NCBI GenBank assembly: GCA_030295235.1
Contig: AP026162.1
Coordinates: forward strand, 744,001 to 808,000
Source: Fistulifera solaris
Lineage: Eukaryota
Direction of reading: 5' to 3'
Length of the DNA stretch: 64,000 nucleotides
Shown: positions 9,304 to 23,100 of the stretch, one piece after another
How the letters are laid out: each line of letters begins with the position of its first letter
Position numbering within the stretch: position 1 is the stretch's first letter
Made by a program: the position numbers and the translations under genes
Notes under the pieces: generated by a model
Databases searched by the model: none
Told to the model about the DNA's origin: nothing
The model's input: the letters and a program-made list of their open reading frames with translations, nothing else

Positions 9304-12300
9304 ATGAACGTCCCTACCTTGCTTAGACGGTTTGATGCCACCTTGGATTGGCTCACCGCGGTTACGCCAGAGGGTTATCTCGAGGATGAGTCGCAAAGCT
9401 TCTATTCATCGCGTCGTCCACATCAGTTCAAGTCGAGGCGTCGATTGCGACAAAGATTCGACGACAACTCTCCTACAATCAGAATTATACATGAAAGGAT
9501 AGTGAAGCCTGTGAATGAGGTGACTGTTGGGGGCAATTTGCAAGAATGCTTATCCGACATGACTTTCATTGAGCATGAAGGGGATTTTCAGGAGGATCAT
9601 CAGTTTTCGCCAAAAATGACACCAAGGACGATGCCTCGGCGCAATAAATACACGATTACGAGAAGAAACAGGTCTGACCGAGCAAACGAGCGCCCTTGGA
9701 CACCAGATAGCATTTCGAGTCCATCGAACTCGTCCGACTCCTTTTACGCAACAACGACAAGTACATTCCAACTAGCCAAAAGGCATCCGCAAAACAGTCA
9801 TGTAGAGAAACACGATGGTGTGGGATGCGGACGGCTCCGCGTCGTCGAAGATCGGCACCCTCTGATTTGTCTCGACGAAAAGATTACGACGTTTCTTTCA
9901 TTAGGGACGACATGTCGCAAATTTCCGCAAAGCGAAAAGAATCTCGAAAATTGCTTTCCAGGGAACAAATGAACTATAATTTACACAATTTACACAATCA
10001 TCACCCCGTTCGATTAAAAGAGACTCGTGAGAACGATGAAGAGTGCGAAAAACGACAGGAAAGTCTACGCCGACGCCGCCGAAAACTTCTCTCCGTGTCC
10101 GTTGATCTTCCAAATACAGATCCCGTCTATAGTCGCCATGATACTCCCGTCAGTAAGAACAGGGCACTGACTACGGAGCATGTCAGTCATCATATTCAAA
10201 AATTTGGTGAATGCATGGATCCAAATAGTGACCTTGGTATGTTTGCGTATGAGCTCCAAAATTCTTTGGGTACAAGCTTTTCGGAAGAGGAGCTTGGGGT
10301 ACCTGGTCTTGCGTGCAAGGCGCACAACAAGCAAAACGCGATATGTGGAACAATAGATGATACCGCGAATAATGGTACTTTGTTTGGCGATGAGATCTGT
10401 GCTCGTCTATCGGGGACTCTCGCGACCGCAATCGACGGAGTAAACGCCTGCTTTCACCGACGCTCTGCCGCGAAAAGCCGACGCCCGTCCTCATCGTACA
10501 TATTACCCGAATATAGCCAAGAGATGAGATGGCCCATGACGCACTCTCAGCTCGAAGAAATTTGGGGCGATGAGATTAGTATGCTTCGATTGAATGGTGG
10601 TGTATCTTCGTACGACCGGAGAGATGGAAAAGAGACTGTAGCATCATTGTCACCCAGAAGCGACCGTGAACAACCACCGCAATACACGTCTGCATATTTC
10701 GACTATGTCACAATCAAAGACATCCCTTTTGTACAGGGAATGGATGTCGCTGTTGCTCCAACATGCTACATACCAACAACCAATGAACCGCAACAAACGA
10801 TGGCCGACACAAAACCAGAAGAGCCCCCGTGTCTTCAGCCGAAACGACATGTTCAAAGTCATGTGCACCAGTGACAAACGTGTCAGTCGAATGCTCATCC
10901 CAGGGAGCGTCGATCCTGATTCAGACGCCAAGCAGTAACACCGGTTCGAAATCCGACCGAGGAAATGAAAGTACGGTACGGAATAATGTTGAAACCCGAC
11001 TTCAGGGAGAACTTGTCGGTAGGGGTGAAGAATTCACATCAAAGTGCATAGACAATGAAGGCAAAACGATAAGTTCGCTTGGCATTAGCAACTGCGATGA
11101 GAATAAAGACAATGAAACTCAAAGCAAGCAACAGGAATACTCGCAAAGAGATCCGCCAACAAGTACCTTAGATTTTGAGACGTTAGACAGCTGTTCGGAC
11201 AAGATGGCGTTGCCATCAAATTCACAGGAACTTGCTACTTTGCCAAACGTTCCAACTTCGGACGTTTCGTGCACGCTTCAACATAATTCGAAAATAGATC
11301 CGCCAACAACATCAATTGAAATCGATCCTCGAGAAAACAGTGTGGACAGTACTGCTCCGTCACCGAAAGTACAGGACGCTGTTTCGTTACAAAACAGGTC
11401 TTCTTCGGATTACTCTGGTGATTTGAAGGAGGCAGCGATAGATGAATGCGTTTTGAATGGAAGAATAGCAAACACGCCGAAAGAACCGACTGAGACTTCA
11501 CCACTTCATAAAGATCTTCATGCTTCTGATTTGCAAGCCAACCCTAGTGATTTTTGGGATGGTGAAATCGAATTCATAGAGCATTCTAGTGCTTCCGTCA
11601 GACGCCAAAAGAGCGCTTTGAACAAGTATGCCAGTAAGACTCTCCACGAACGGTCGCACTATTCTTCTGGGGCATCAAAAGACCAAACTACAAGTGAGAA
11701 AATTGGTAGCGAGAAAAATCTAGACCTTACTCAGTTACTCTCGTGTTCCGTGGAGGTAGAAAGGTCAGTGGAACAGCTTCGACTACAACAAGATATAGAC
11801 CACTCAGATGACGCAAAAGTGAACGAAGACTTGTTACGCCTTGCTGATGAAACGAGAGCTTGTGCTAGTAATTCAGCAGGCGATGATCAAGAACTAGAAC
11901 ATATTGAAATTGTTCATGTGGAGGAAAGCTTCGACCAAGGGGACTTCTTCCAGTCAGGCGAGACCAATGGTATAATTTTTGCTGCTCCCCACGCGGGCGT
12001 GATCGAAGACGTTTTCGCTCTATTAGGAGAAGGAAATGAGAGAGATCATGTTGATGCAACGGACAATTTCAACGAAATATCATCGGTAGACGAGTCTCGT
12101 TCTCCTAAATCTCTTTACGAACCTTGCGTTGAAGACGTCAGTGAAAGTTCGTCTATCAATGTGGACGACTATTCCGCTACATTCCTTGGAGTTATTCCGG
12201 GAAAAATTCCCACTTACTCTAAAAAAAGCAAAAATAGTTACTGCTAATGAAGCAAATGATGAGCAGGCTGATAAGAAAAGCTATTTTGCTTCTGCTAAGT

Positions 12301-14530
12301 CAAGCTTGGCTACCGATGTGCAATCAACGAAAACTGATGACGAGTTCATTGGATATCATTCAGAGGCAGCGCGATTGGAGAATGCTATTAGAGCTGAGAC
12401 AAAGCTCTTAACGGATCAATCGGCTTTATCGCTTGTTCATGCTAATCCTCTGGCATCCTCCGTTCTGTTCTTTAAACCAACAATCAACGTCTTTGGTGGC
12501 GAATCTGGAGCGAATGACCTTGCAGCGTTGACTCGTGCATTCAGTAAATTGCCAGATGTATCATCAGGAAGATCAGACAGAGAAAAATCATTTGGTTCGC
12601 CATTTGAGTTTAATCGTCAAAACAACAGCAAGTCGAAAACCAACGAGCGCTGGTGCGGAACTTTCTGTGATAACGACGATGATTCGTTTACCAAGGAACT
12701 TTCTCGACTGGCTACCTCTGAGAGATTACTAAGGGAAGAGCTAGAATCTTTTCAAAGAAAACTTTCTAAAGCTAGCGAAACCAGAACCATTATTGATCTT
12801 TCGATGATCGATGACTCATATGGATCTACTTTTCCCACCAACAGTAATAAAGACCTATGGGATTGCAAATCTACAAATGGGTTTGCGTCAAATTCAGATA
12901 TGAAAACTCAAATCGGAAACCAAGGTAGACGAGTCTTCCACTCTTATCCAACGCAATTCGATAGCACAACGCAACGTGCGCCATTGACTGCTATTGTGCG
13001 AAACGAGAATCCTCCATACATCAGGCAGTGTACACAGCAACCTTTTCAATCTGCAAATCACATTAGCGCGAGCGATGGACGAGTCAACGCCAAAATCGAT
13101 TTACTTCGATCTCGTTTAAATCAGAAGCGGAGCGCTTTGCGAACCGCGATCGATTCACAAAGAATCGCCGGTCAAATGGATCATTTTGAACAGAAAGACA
13201 TCAGCCAATTAGATGATGCTGGAAGCACCATATCGTTTACATGGCATGAAAGTGCACAGTCTGTGGAAGAAATCTTGGAGAGCTCAGAAAATGATCCATT
13301 TGAGAATACTCCAGGATACTACGCAGGGAATGCTGTGAATATAGTTGCATCATATTCAAACTCCTTCAGGGAGTCTACATTACCTACAATCGACAATTCA
13401 GGAAGCCGATCGTCTAACTTATCCAGCTCATCTACCAGACGGCTAAAAAGCAACAACCAGTTTGGTCAGTTCTCCAGTCGACCTGAATCCGGAGATCATC
13501 TTACTGGAACGCACGATTTCCCTGAAGATGACTTGCTCGAGTTTCCACAGATTGAGGTAGCTTTGTCTCCTAACTCGCTTGAATTTACAACAGAAGATGG
13601 ACTGACATTTAAAGGAATCGAAATGTCTTCATTCCATTCCGGTATGAAATCGAGCGCTCTCTCGGATGTATGCTTTGATAAGTCAGAAGCAGAGACGGGG
13701 ACTTCGTCAACAGAAAACGATAACGATCCGGTTACGGAGAGCAAAGAAAGCAAGTCATCCGAAAGCAAGAGCTCCGGCTATATCAGCCTCTCCGATGATT
13801 CATCCAGCTTTCGGTTCTCTGAATCAGACGGAAGCAGACAGTTATCTCAACATATCACACCTCCAGGTGTGACCGCGACTAACTCGACAACAAGTTCATT
13901 ATCACTCCAGGAACATCTGCCTGTTTTCACTCGGCAAGAAGATTCAGTTGGAAGTCTTTCTTCGCGGCTTTCGCTCCTTACAATCGACTCTTCCAAAGCC
14001 GAGCAGATGCTTGTTTCGTACCGTGAATCACAACGCGGTCGGGATCCCCTAACAGTCAATCTTTTTCGAAAGGACTAACACCTTCACAGAAAACCAGTGT
14101 CGCCTCTTGTCACCGCCATGTTCGATTCGATCTACCGCTACTGTTAGAGCCAAAAATTTCCTACAATATATCATCGGATCTCGACGACGTCGATGCTTAC
14201 GTCCCAGGAAACAACGATGTTGTCACAGCTCCCTTTCTTTCCAGCCTATCGACGGGGCAAAGCACTAGCGACACAAAAGCAGACCCACCGGGCTGTCTTG
14301 AAAAAGATCCTGATGAATACCTGACAAGCGAGGCAGAATTTAAACCGTATGTTGTCCTGAACAGCTCTCATCCAACTGAAAACACACGGCTTTTTTAAGG
14401 CTGGAGCGAATGAGAAGGAAAAAGAAGCAGTACACAAAAGAAGATACTCTCGAAACGTCCGCAACGAGTTTCTTCGTGTGAAGCTCCAAGAGAAATGCGA
14501 ATTTCAGTTCCCTCCAAGAATACCTACCTA
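9304..14530 (+). CDS. Very large Ser/Asp/Glu-rich disordered hypothetical protein (about 1700 aa), split by about 5 single-base indels
   Basis: Overlapping same-strand ORFs 9304-9972, 9825-10874, 10829-12247 and 12129-14078, with an open frame continuing (RHVRFDLP) to ~14530. Each junction can be repaired by 1 nt at a G3, C5, A7, C4/T5 or T6 run. No recognisable domain. Confidence 0.55.
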
Positions 14531-14904
14531 GACAAACTCAAGTTGTCGAAGGACCTGAGGAAATCAATTTTGTTGGGTCACAAAAAGAAATCCAAGCCTT
14601 TGTAATTGAAAAACACACTTGTTAACGCTAACAAAGACACATTGCTTTCAGTTCCTTAACCGCCGTTCACCAGCAAGCTTACTGTGCCGCTCTAGTTTCT
14701 GTACTAGTTTCGTGTATCAGAGTCACCGGCTTGAATATATCCTCGGGGAACGAGACCCCCGCCCTCGTCCTCGTGCGGGAAGGGGAAGTACGAACAAACC
14801 TCCCGCACGGCCCAGACCAAAGCGGCTAGCGTAAGAAAGGAAGAGCTTTTAAACACAATAATTCAAAATGTCCGTCTGCACCAAAACAAGGACCACCGTA
14901 GCGG

Positions 14905-14960
14905 CTATAGTCCAAAGTGTGTACTCATCTCATCTAAGACTGAAATTCAGTCATGAATAA
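14905..14960 (+). repeat. Copy of the dispersed palindromic element
   Basis: ctatagtccaaagtgt...gactgaaattcagtcatgaata matches the copy at 5065-5117. Confidence 0.6.
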
Positions 14961-15490
14961 AATTTCTTTGGAGCAACAAGGCAACAATGCTGCCAACAAC
15001 TCTTTCGTTTAGCAAACTTTCTTAAACTGAATTCGTCGCTCTCTAGAGTGCATTTCAATAGTCTTCAGCACCGTTTTCTTTAATGTAGTCTACATGCCTT
15101 GATATTTGTACGTCGAAAAGCCTGCGAAATGTGTCGTCATACTTTACTAACAATAAGTGTTGTCCGGATTTCGCCGCGAGTGCACTTCAGTCTTCAGTCT
15201 TCAGTCATGAATCAGTTTATTACGATATCGTCCGTGATATTTACTATAAGCCCAAAGTGTTGTCGCGCGAGTCAACGAAAACAGAGGTTGTTTTTTACAT
15301 ATGGGCTACTCGCGAAATCGTCGCCGTTATCGCCTTTTGATGGTCGCGTGTACTGCTTTGTATCGGAGGGACGAAAATGAAATAATCTCGTTCCACTTTT
15401 TGTGAAGAAAATTTTTCTCGCCATCAAAAGACGCATCGAACATCGAACTGAACGAACGACTTTGTGATCTGTTTTATTGTGATACAAACC

Positions 15491-17570
15491 ATGAATTTAC
15501 AAGAACCAAGAGCATTCACACGAAGAGAAAAAAGCCCACAAAAGCAAGCTGCGTATCGACCCTTCGGAAAGCGCCGGTTTAAAGCCTATCGAGGTCCGCG
15601 TGGAGCGCCTTATTACAATTCTGTCAAGCTTTGAGGAATCAACAATCGACTCTTCAAACGCATTTAGTATCGGATCAAGCTTTTCTGAAGACAGCTATGA
15701 GTCCTTAGGTGTTATTACTCAACTGGAAGATTTCATTGTGAGAGAAATCGGTAATGTGCTGGATGGTTCTATGGACAACGACGATGACTATTCTCAAACT
15801 GGATATTGGACTCGCGCCGCCTTCAGTCAAGACTTTAGTGTATTGCCTTCAAAGCATAAAATAGTAAAGTCCGAGGAATGGAAGCGAAAGACAGGCGGGA
15901 CCGTTGAAGAAATCCTTGCTTGCTCGACCAACGACAGTTTTTCCCTGGTGCCAGTGGATATTCCTCTCGTTCAGAATCGCCGAAAAAAAGAACTTGATCA
16001 GGAAAACAAAAAGAGGCTGTAATATCCAAAAAGCCACTACCTCAGTCGGCTCAAAATGGCAAAAGCAAAGTTAAGAACAACAAGGATTGCTGCCAACAAA
16101 AGATTTTCTCAAAGAGATCCAAACGAACAATCTGCTCACCACTGACATCCGATACAAACTTACGTCCGCATCGTGTGGGGGACAGAACAGGTGCATTGAA
16201 TCTCAAGGTGTTCGCAAGTCGCAATCGAATGTGTCACAAAGTGTTCGAAAAAGAGCGATACGACCGGTCTATCAAATTTCTTCCAGGACAATATGACATT
16301 CCACGGGCCGGGGCATGATGATCAAACCGATAATTCTGTAAATTCTGTCGCACTAGAGTCTGAAATGAACAGGAACCCAGCCAGAGAATTCCACGTCGAT
16401 GAAAATCTCAAGGAAACTACTGACCACCAGCACTATGCCGCAGACTTGAGTCCAAATGAAACGATAGCTGAAAACAACCAGGAGCAAAATATTGCGCTGA
16501 TTGCTGGAGCAGATAGCGATAACCCCATGACGAGCGATTGTCAGCACAATCGATGTGCAGAAGAAGCGGGACCTAGTTGCAAGCGGTTGCAAGGACACAT
16601 AATGAAGAATCGAAGAAGCCTCAAATTGATGACGTCTAAATTTCAATCTATCATCGCGACACTTGAATCGCGAAAGAAGACGAGTGACTGGAAGATAAAG
16701 CTATTCAAAGGGTCTGATCGAGCGAAAAGGCACATTGATATTTCGAAATCCGCAGAAGAAGATGGAGATGTTGGACCTCGTAGCGTCAGTGAAACCAATT
16801 GCGCTGACAATAGTCTTCCAACCGTTCCTAGCTCTGTACCGCCAAATAAATCTCTCCGGCTTGGAAGCGAAAAGAATCCCAATGAAGAGTGCCCTTCTTC
16901 TAACAATGCTGAAGCAAACAAGAATCAAAAAGCATTCTTAGTCGATGACAACCTCGCGATTGCCATACCGGTCACACCAATAGAATCGTTGCAAACGAGT
17001 ATCATTGATCAAGGCTCGCTCCTTGAGCTTGGTCAGGAAGTCGTGGGTGAATTCGAACGTTCGATTGTTACCCCGAAAAGAAATCTGGGGGACTTATTGC
17101 GGCGTCCTTTCCGTAAATCACAGGATGGTACTCACCCGGAACATGCTTATAAGAGAGAAACTTTGATCGAGGCGAATGTAGAACCAGCAGCGGGTTGCCA
17201 GAATGAGACAAACAACGAAAGAAAATGTCACGAGAACGGAAGTTCTTCCAGTAACTCGTTAGGCACTGAATCCACCAAATCTCTACGTAAAAGTTTTTCT
17301 GGATCGGCGAAACCAGAAAATCACCACCGAAGTAAGGTGATCTCGGTTGCTACGAAACGCGAGATCCAACGACTAATTAGTGATATGGCATCTCTGAAAA
17401 ACGTCGAAAGCTCAAAATTTGCCCTGAAGCCTTTGAAAGATATAGCTGTACGTGGCGGCACTATTCAGGAAGGCCCTAACAGTGATAACGCACGACAAAA
17501 GTCATACACTCTGTTTGGCGTCGCAGACGATTTCACCAATCTCTTTTCATGTCATTGTAAAGCTCAATAA
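15491..17570 (+). CDS. Disordered hypothetical protein (about 690 aa), split by about 3 homopolymer indels
   Basis: ATG in caaaccATG context at 15491. ORFs 15600-16022, an open frame ~16010-16318 and 16293-17570 can be joined by 1-nt changes at A6, A5 and G4 runs. Confidence 0.5.
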
Positions 17571-17678
17571 CTACTTTGTACATTATCAATCCACAAACAC
17601 GCTTTATACGTTATAACTAGATTGAGCATAGGGAATATAAATCACGAATACAACTTTTACCTGCTGCAGCACAAGCTC

Positions 17679-19440
17679 TTATGGCTCACTGCGCGATCCT
17701 GTAGCATCGATGGCGATCACTCCCCTCGCCGGAGCAACAGGAAGGCATGATGGTCGAAAATCTGCAGCTTCTTTCCATATCAATTCCTGAAGTCGCAGAC
17801 GATGCAGCTTTTCGTTTTCGAACGAAAAGTCAAAAGGGAGTTTTGAGACTACTTCCTCGTCAGCGTTGTGCAAAGAAGAGAAGAACGGATGTTCGAGCGA
17901 TTCTGCTACCGATACTCTTTTCTGGGGATGAATCTCAAGCATTTTTCGCATGATATTTAACGCGTCAGGAGGGGCTGCAGAGAACTGGGACGAGAATGGC
18001 TGCGGCGCTTTGTCAGGGAGCTTCTTCATAAAGCGTTTAGCCTTTTCAGATGTAACAAAGTCAAGACTTGACTCGTCTAATTTTCCCAGCTTTTCGCAAA
18101 TAATAGTCAACTGCAAGTAAGGTGTCAGGTACCATGTCTTATCAGCAATACACATCATCGAAAAAAAGATGAAAGCTCACCTGATCGATGTAGTCATCAC
18201 CGGGAAAGTAAGGCTTTCGTAGGATCAACTCAGCGAAGATACAACCGACGCTCCAAACGTCTACTGGATAAGAGTATTCATGACAGGCGAGCATTATTTC
18301 AGGGGCCCGATACCAGCGGGTGACAACATATTCCGTCAGGAACATGGTCGACGCGCGATCTCCGTCATCCTCATCGTGAAGCCCACGAGCCAGCCCGAAG
18401 TCACAGATCTTCAAATCGCAGTTTGAGTTGACTAAAAGGTTGCTAGGCTTCAAATCTCTGTGAATGACTCTGCACGAATGGATATACTTCAATCCACGGA
18501 GCACCTGATAGACGAAATATTGGACATGATCAATGGAAAGCTTCTGCTTCGAATAAATGATCCGGTGGAGATCTGTTTCCATAAGATCAGTAACAAGGTA
18601 GACGTCTCTAAAGTCTTCAAGGTACTGCACATTTGGAGGCATCATGTCAACCAGTTGGACAATGTTTTCGTGACGCATGTGCTTAAGCAATTTGATTTCA
18701 CGAAGAATGCGCTTAGCATCGATTTCATCTGAAAAAGCCTTCGGAACCATCTTGATCGCACAGTTCTTGTCGGTCTTTGAGTCTTTGGCCGAAATTACCA
18801 CGCCGTACGCACCCGAACCAATGGTCCTGATCATGGTGTAGCGTTCGTCCACTGTGAACGTGTGTTTGCCAGCTGGGAACGAATGAGATCGATAGGGCTC
18901 CCCACTGGTAGAAGTAACGGTTGGCTCCAATCCTTCACCGCTTCCACCTCGCGACATAATGACTTCCATGCCGACTTCCGATGCATCGTCGCCTTGGTCT
19001 GTCGAGTAGCTAATAGTTGCCGAAGTAGTGGTCGCTGTCGCCAGAGTGTGATGATCGTGATCAAATTCATCCGGAAGCTTTTTATTCAAGCCGAACTTTT
19101 TATTCATCTCACGAGAATGCTTGTGCAAAGCATTTGACATGACTCCGTCCTTGGCAACAATGTCCTCTTCGCGGAGTGGCCCTGTCGTTTTGTCGATAGT
19201 TGGAGCGGTGTCGAACGTACCACCGCACGTTATAAAGGAGCCCTGCACTTTCTTTGTCCACTTTGCAATCTTTGAACTGAGACTGTATGAGCTGCACGCT
19301 TGCGCTTTTTGGAGGGGTGCCTGTTTTCCTCCAGCTGAAATGTTCGTTGTACTGTTGAGGAGGCCGCGACTGCCGCTGCTACTTGTGCGTGCGCGGGAGC
19401 CACGGCTCTGGACGGAATACTCGTTGACAGTAATCTTAAT
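17679..19440 (-). CDS. Mitogen-activated protein kinase (TEY type) with a long N-terminal extension; intron 18111-18180; start uncertain (first ATG 19140)
   Basis: GSGAYGVV, AIKM, KRILREIKLL, HRDLKPSN, DFGLAR and TEYVVTRWYRAPE. The GT-AG intron joins DYIDQ to LTIICEKLG. Confidence 0.93.
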
Positions 19441-20174
19441 GGTTTGAGTCTCGAAACGCACAGATCTAGTCTACGCGCTTCGGAATGCTGAAGAAGTTGA
19501 TGTCAATTAGCTGACGCGCGCAAGGAGTGTCAAGTCGGCGTTCGAATGCAGTGTTAGTGTTGGAATCTCAGATCCCCTGGTGGAGTAATCAATAGCCTTT
19601 TGATAAAAAGGAACCGTCTTAGACAACGACAAGAGATGGATGAACGATGTTTCTTTCGTGTCACTGTCACGGCATTTTGTTGCGTTTTGTTGTGCATGTA
19701 AGAGCTCTGCCGGCGCTCAATTAGACAGAAGGTGGAGCGATATGGCTTTTACTACTTAAGAAATGAAGATAGTCTGGGACCGATTTTCTTAAATATATTC
19801 CTTGTATAAAATGGCTATAAACACTGTCTGCTAAGCATAGAACAAGTACTGGGCCATACACACTCTCCCAGATTTACAGTACCGGTACGAGATGTCAAAA
19901 CTACATAGAATGACGCTTTCGCGATCTGTACTGTAAATTTTAAAGTACTTTCCAATACCGTTGTTGACCTCATTTTATACATAAGCTATTGAGTGCCACT
20001 ACGTTCTTGTTCCCTTAAACCTGGATTTTGTTATTGTTCGTCCTCGACCTTGACCGCATTGTGAATTGTGAGGCAACAACGAATGAATGAAACGAATGAA
20101 TTTAGTCAGCATTTCAGCCTTGATCATTGTAATTGATTACCCGAAAAACGATCGCGAGCGATAAAGGTTGCATT

Positions 20175-23100
20175 ATGACATCACTACGAAATAATGTGGA
20201 ACACTGTCGTGACGAATATCGAAGGAAAGCTAACAGTAATGATGGGAGAAACGGACGCACCGCGGGCTTTGAGTATGCTGTACAAAAGGGAGGAATTAGT
20301 TTGGCTGAAAGGCGATGGAGAGAGCTTCGTAGACAGAAACATTCCTGTTTTTCGCTTCACAAGCCCACACCAAGCTCAAGTGGACGCTACCAGCCGGTTT
20401 TTAACCTTGAAAGCGTGTCGACGTTGATTGAACAACAAAGAAAAGAACATGCTTCCGACCCTCAATTGCTACCACAACAACCTACTCTTTCCACTTCTGA
20501 TCCGTCAATATTACAAAACACAGACCAGCAGCATGATCATGCCGCGGGTACCCCGATGAAGCGGATACGAAATCGACACAACGCTGTGTACGGCGAACAT
20601 CTACCTAATGCTTTCAATTCTCCAGCTTGCGCTGCAAAGGTTTTTGGCAAACAGTCTCTTCAAAATGAAGAAAGAAATGTCTGTCAAAGTCTGATTACAG
20701 CTGGTACAGGTCTTCTTAATGAGTCAAATTTGCTTGTTGGACGTGCGGCTACGTCGGCATCGATAGGTATGGATTCGAATTTGGACGACGATGGTGATCT
20801 TGATGACATCATCGCCAGCATTGACGAGGAGCAGATCATAGCCCAACAGCGCCTCCCACAAGCAACTAGAGAGCAAAGGAACGACGACTACTCATTTGAT
20901 TATGGTGTTGAATGCCAGGATGAGAATTTCGACACAACGTCACTTTCTCGATCGTCTACTGGACACAACTTCAAAATGCCCTTGAACCGCCCAATTAATA
21001 CGCCGCAAAATGCAGATGTGCCTGGATTTTCTTCGGCTTCAACACTTGTTGACTCTTATTATTCGAATAGGGTATTCGCTCCGAAACCTCCACCCAATGT
21101 TCCTCACTCGATCGATGGCCGCAGCAATTTCCCACAATCCAACTCAGGTATCAGTCCGTATCAAGAACGTGATCCTTCTCCCAATTTCGGTTCCTTTTCT
21201 AGCCTTGGTCAAACTCCGCTGTGTCCTGGCCACGGGGTGCCTTGTCGTATCTTAACTGCTAGAAGCGCTAATAACAACGGCCGAGAATTTTACAAGTGCT
21301 CCCTTCCCGAGGACCAGAAATGCGACTTTTTTCAATGGGTTGACGGAGTTGAGGGAAGCTCTTACCAGGCAGGTGGGAGCGTCTCGAGTGGGGGTGAAGT
21401 GAAGGATATGTACGCCGAGAATCGACGAAAATTTGGTCACCGTGAGTTCAGACCGGGACAGAAAAATGTCATTGAGAATGCTATCGCTGGCCGTGATGTT
21501 TTCGTCCTCATGCCGACCGGAGGAGGAAAGTCTCTTTGTTATCAATTGCCCGCATGGTGCTGCCCCGGACTAGCAGTTGTAATCTCGCCACTGTTGTCCC
21601 TAATACAGGATCAAGTGCAATCAATGACCAAGCTTGGTATTGAGTCAGTGTACTTAGCATCTTCGCAAGACTACGAGTCAGAGCAAGTCGCCATTACACG
21701 GCGTATCAACGAAACTACAGCGCACGGCGGTGTCAAGCTTTGTACCTCACACCTGAAAAGCTGAGTAACTCAACACACATGCAGTCCATGCTTCGGCGTC
21801 TTCATAGCCGCAACCTCATTAGTAGATTTGTGGTGGACGAGGCGCACTGTTTAAGCGACTGGGGTCATGACTTTCGTCCGGACTACAACAAATTGGGAAT
21901 GATCCGTAGCCAATATCCCGGAGTCCCAATTATGGCACTGACAGCGACGGCAAATGAGAAAGTTGTCAATGATGCGATCCGTGCGCTAGGAATGCAAAAT
22001 GAATACCGATATGTCTCCTCTTTCAACCGCCCAAATCTGCGATATGAAGTGCGAAAGAAAGATGGCAAAGTCATTGAAGAGATTGCTGATTATATTGCTG
22101 GTCGACCGAACGACTCGGGGGTAGTATACTGCCTGAGCCGAAAGGATTGCGAAAATCTGTCCGAGAAACTCGAGGAAATTGTGCGGAAGAAACCGAATTG
22201 CCACAGGTTGCGTGTTTCATTTTATCATGCAGAATTAGATGCTCGTGAACGCGAGCGGCGTCATCGTGATTGGAGCAACGGTTCCATCAGTGTCCTATGC
22301 GCGACAGTTGCGTTCGGTATGGGCATTGACAAACCGGACGTTCGGTATGTGATCCATTATTCAATGCCCAAATCAATCACTCATTATTATCAAGAGAGCG
22401 GAAGATCAGGCAGAGACGGCGATGTGGCTGACTGCATTCTCTATTATTCATACAAAGACATGCGGATTCTAGCCGCAATGATAGAGAAGTCTTCCAGCGA
22501 TCCCCATGGCCAAGCTACGCGTCGCAAAATCGACCAGTTGCATACATGCGTACGATACTGTGAAAATGACTTTGAATGCAGAAGAACTATGCAACTAGAG
22601 TTCTTCGGTGAAAAGTTTGATAGCTCGAAATGCAAAAAGACTTGTGACAACTGCATAGCTGGCAGGCAACCCGAACAGCGCGACCACACTGCCACTGCCC
22701 TCTCGATTATCCAGTTACTAACAAGCACGCTGAATCAGCGCCGCAATGGCGGAATAACCCTGAATCAACTTTCCGAGCTATTTCGCGGATCGAAGAATAA
22801 GCAGACGACACGGTTTCTTGATACGGATCGGTTAGCCAATTATGGAGCGGGCTCTAGTATCAAGAAAGGTGACCTGGATCGCATCATCCACGCAATGATT
22901 TTTGAAAGAATACTGATCGAGACAACTGTACAGAATAAAGGGGGCTTCGCTTCCGACTATGTTTCACTTGGCGAGTCAGCCTACCAGATTGAGAATGGCC
23001 AAAAGAAGTTCATTGTGAATTTCCCCCGAATTGAACCGACTGGCGTTGAGAACAAAGAGAAGGCTAAGAAGAAAAAAGCGACGAAAACGTCATCTCTTCC

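Noticed and set aside
14690..14722. Hammerhead ribozyme on the minus strand (CTGATACACGAAAC)
   Set aside because: It lacks the CUGANGA core and has no stem II.
14817..14826. 10-bp match (accaaagcgg) to the retro-insertion at ~51112
   Set aside because: Too short; such matches are expected by chance.
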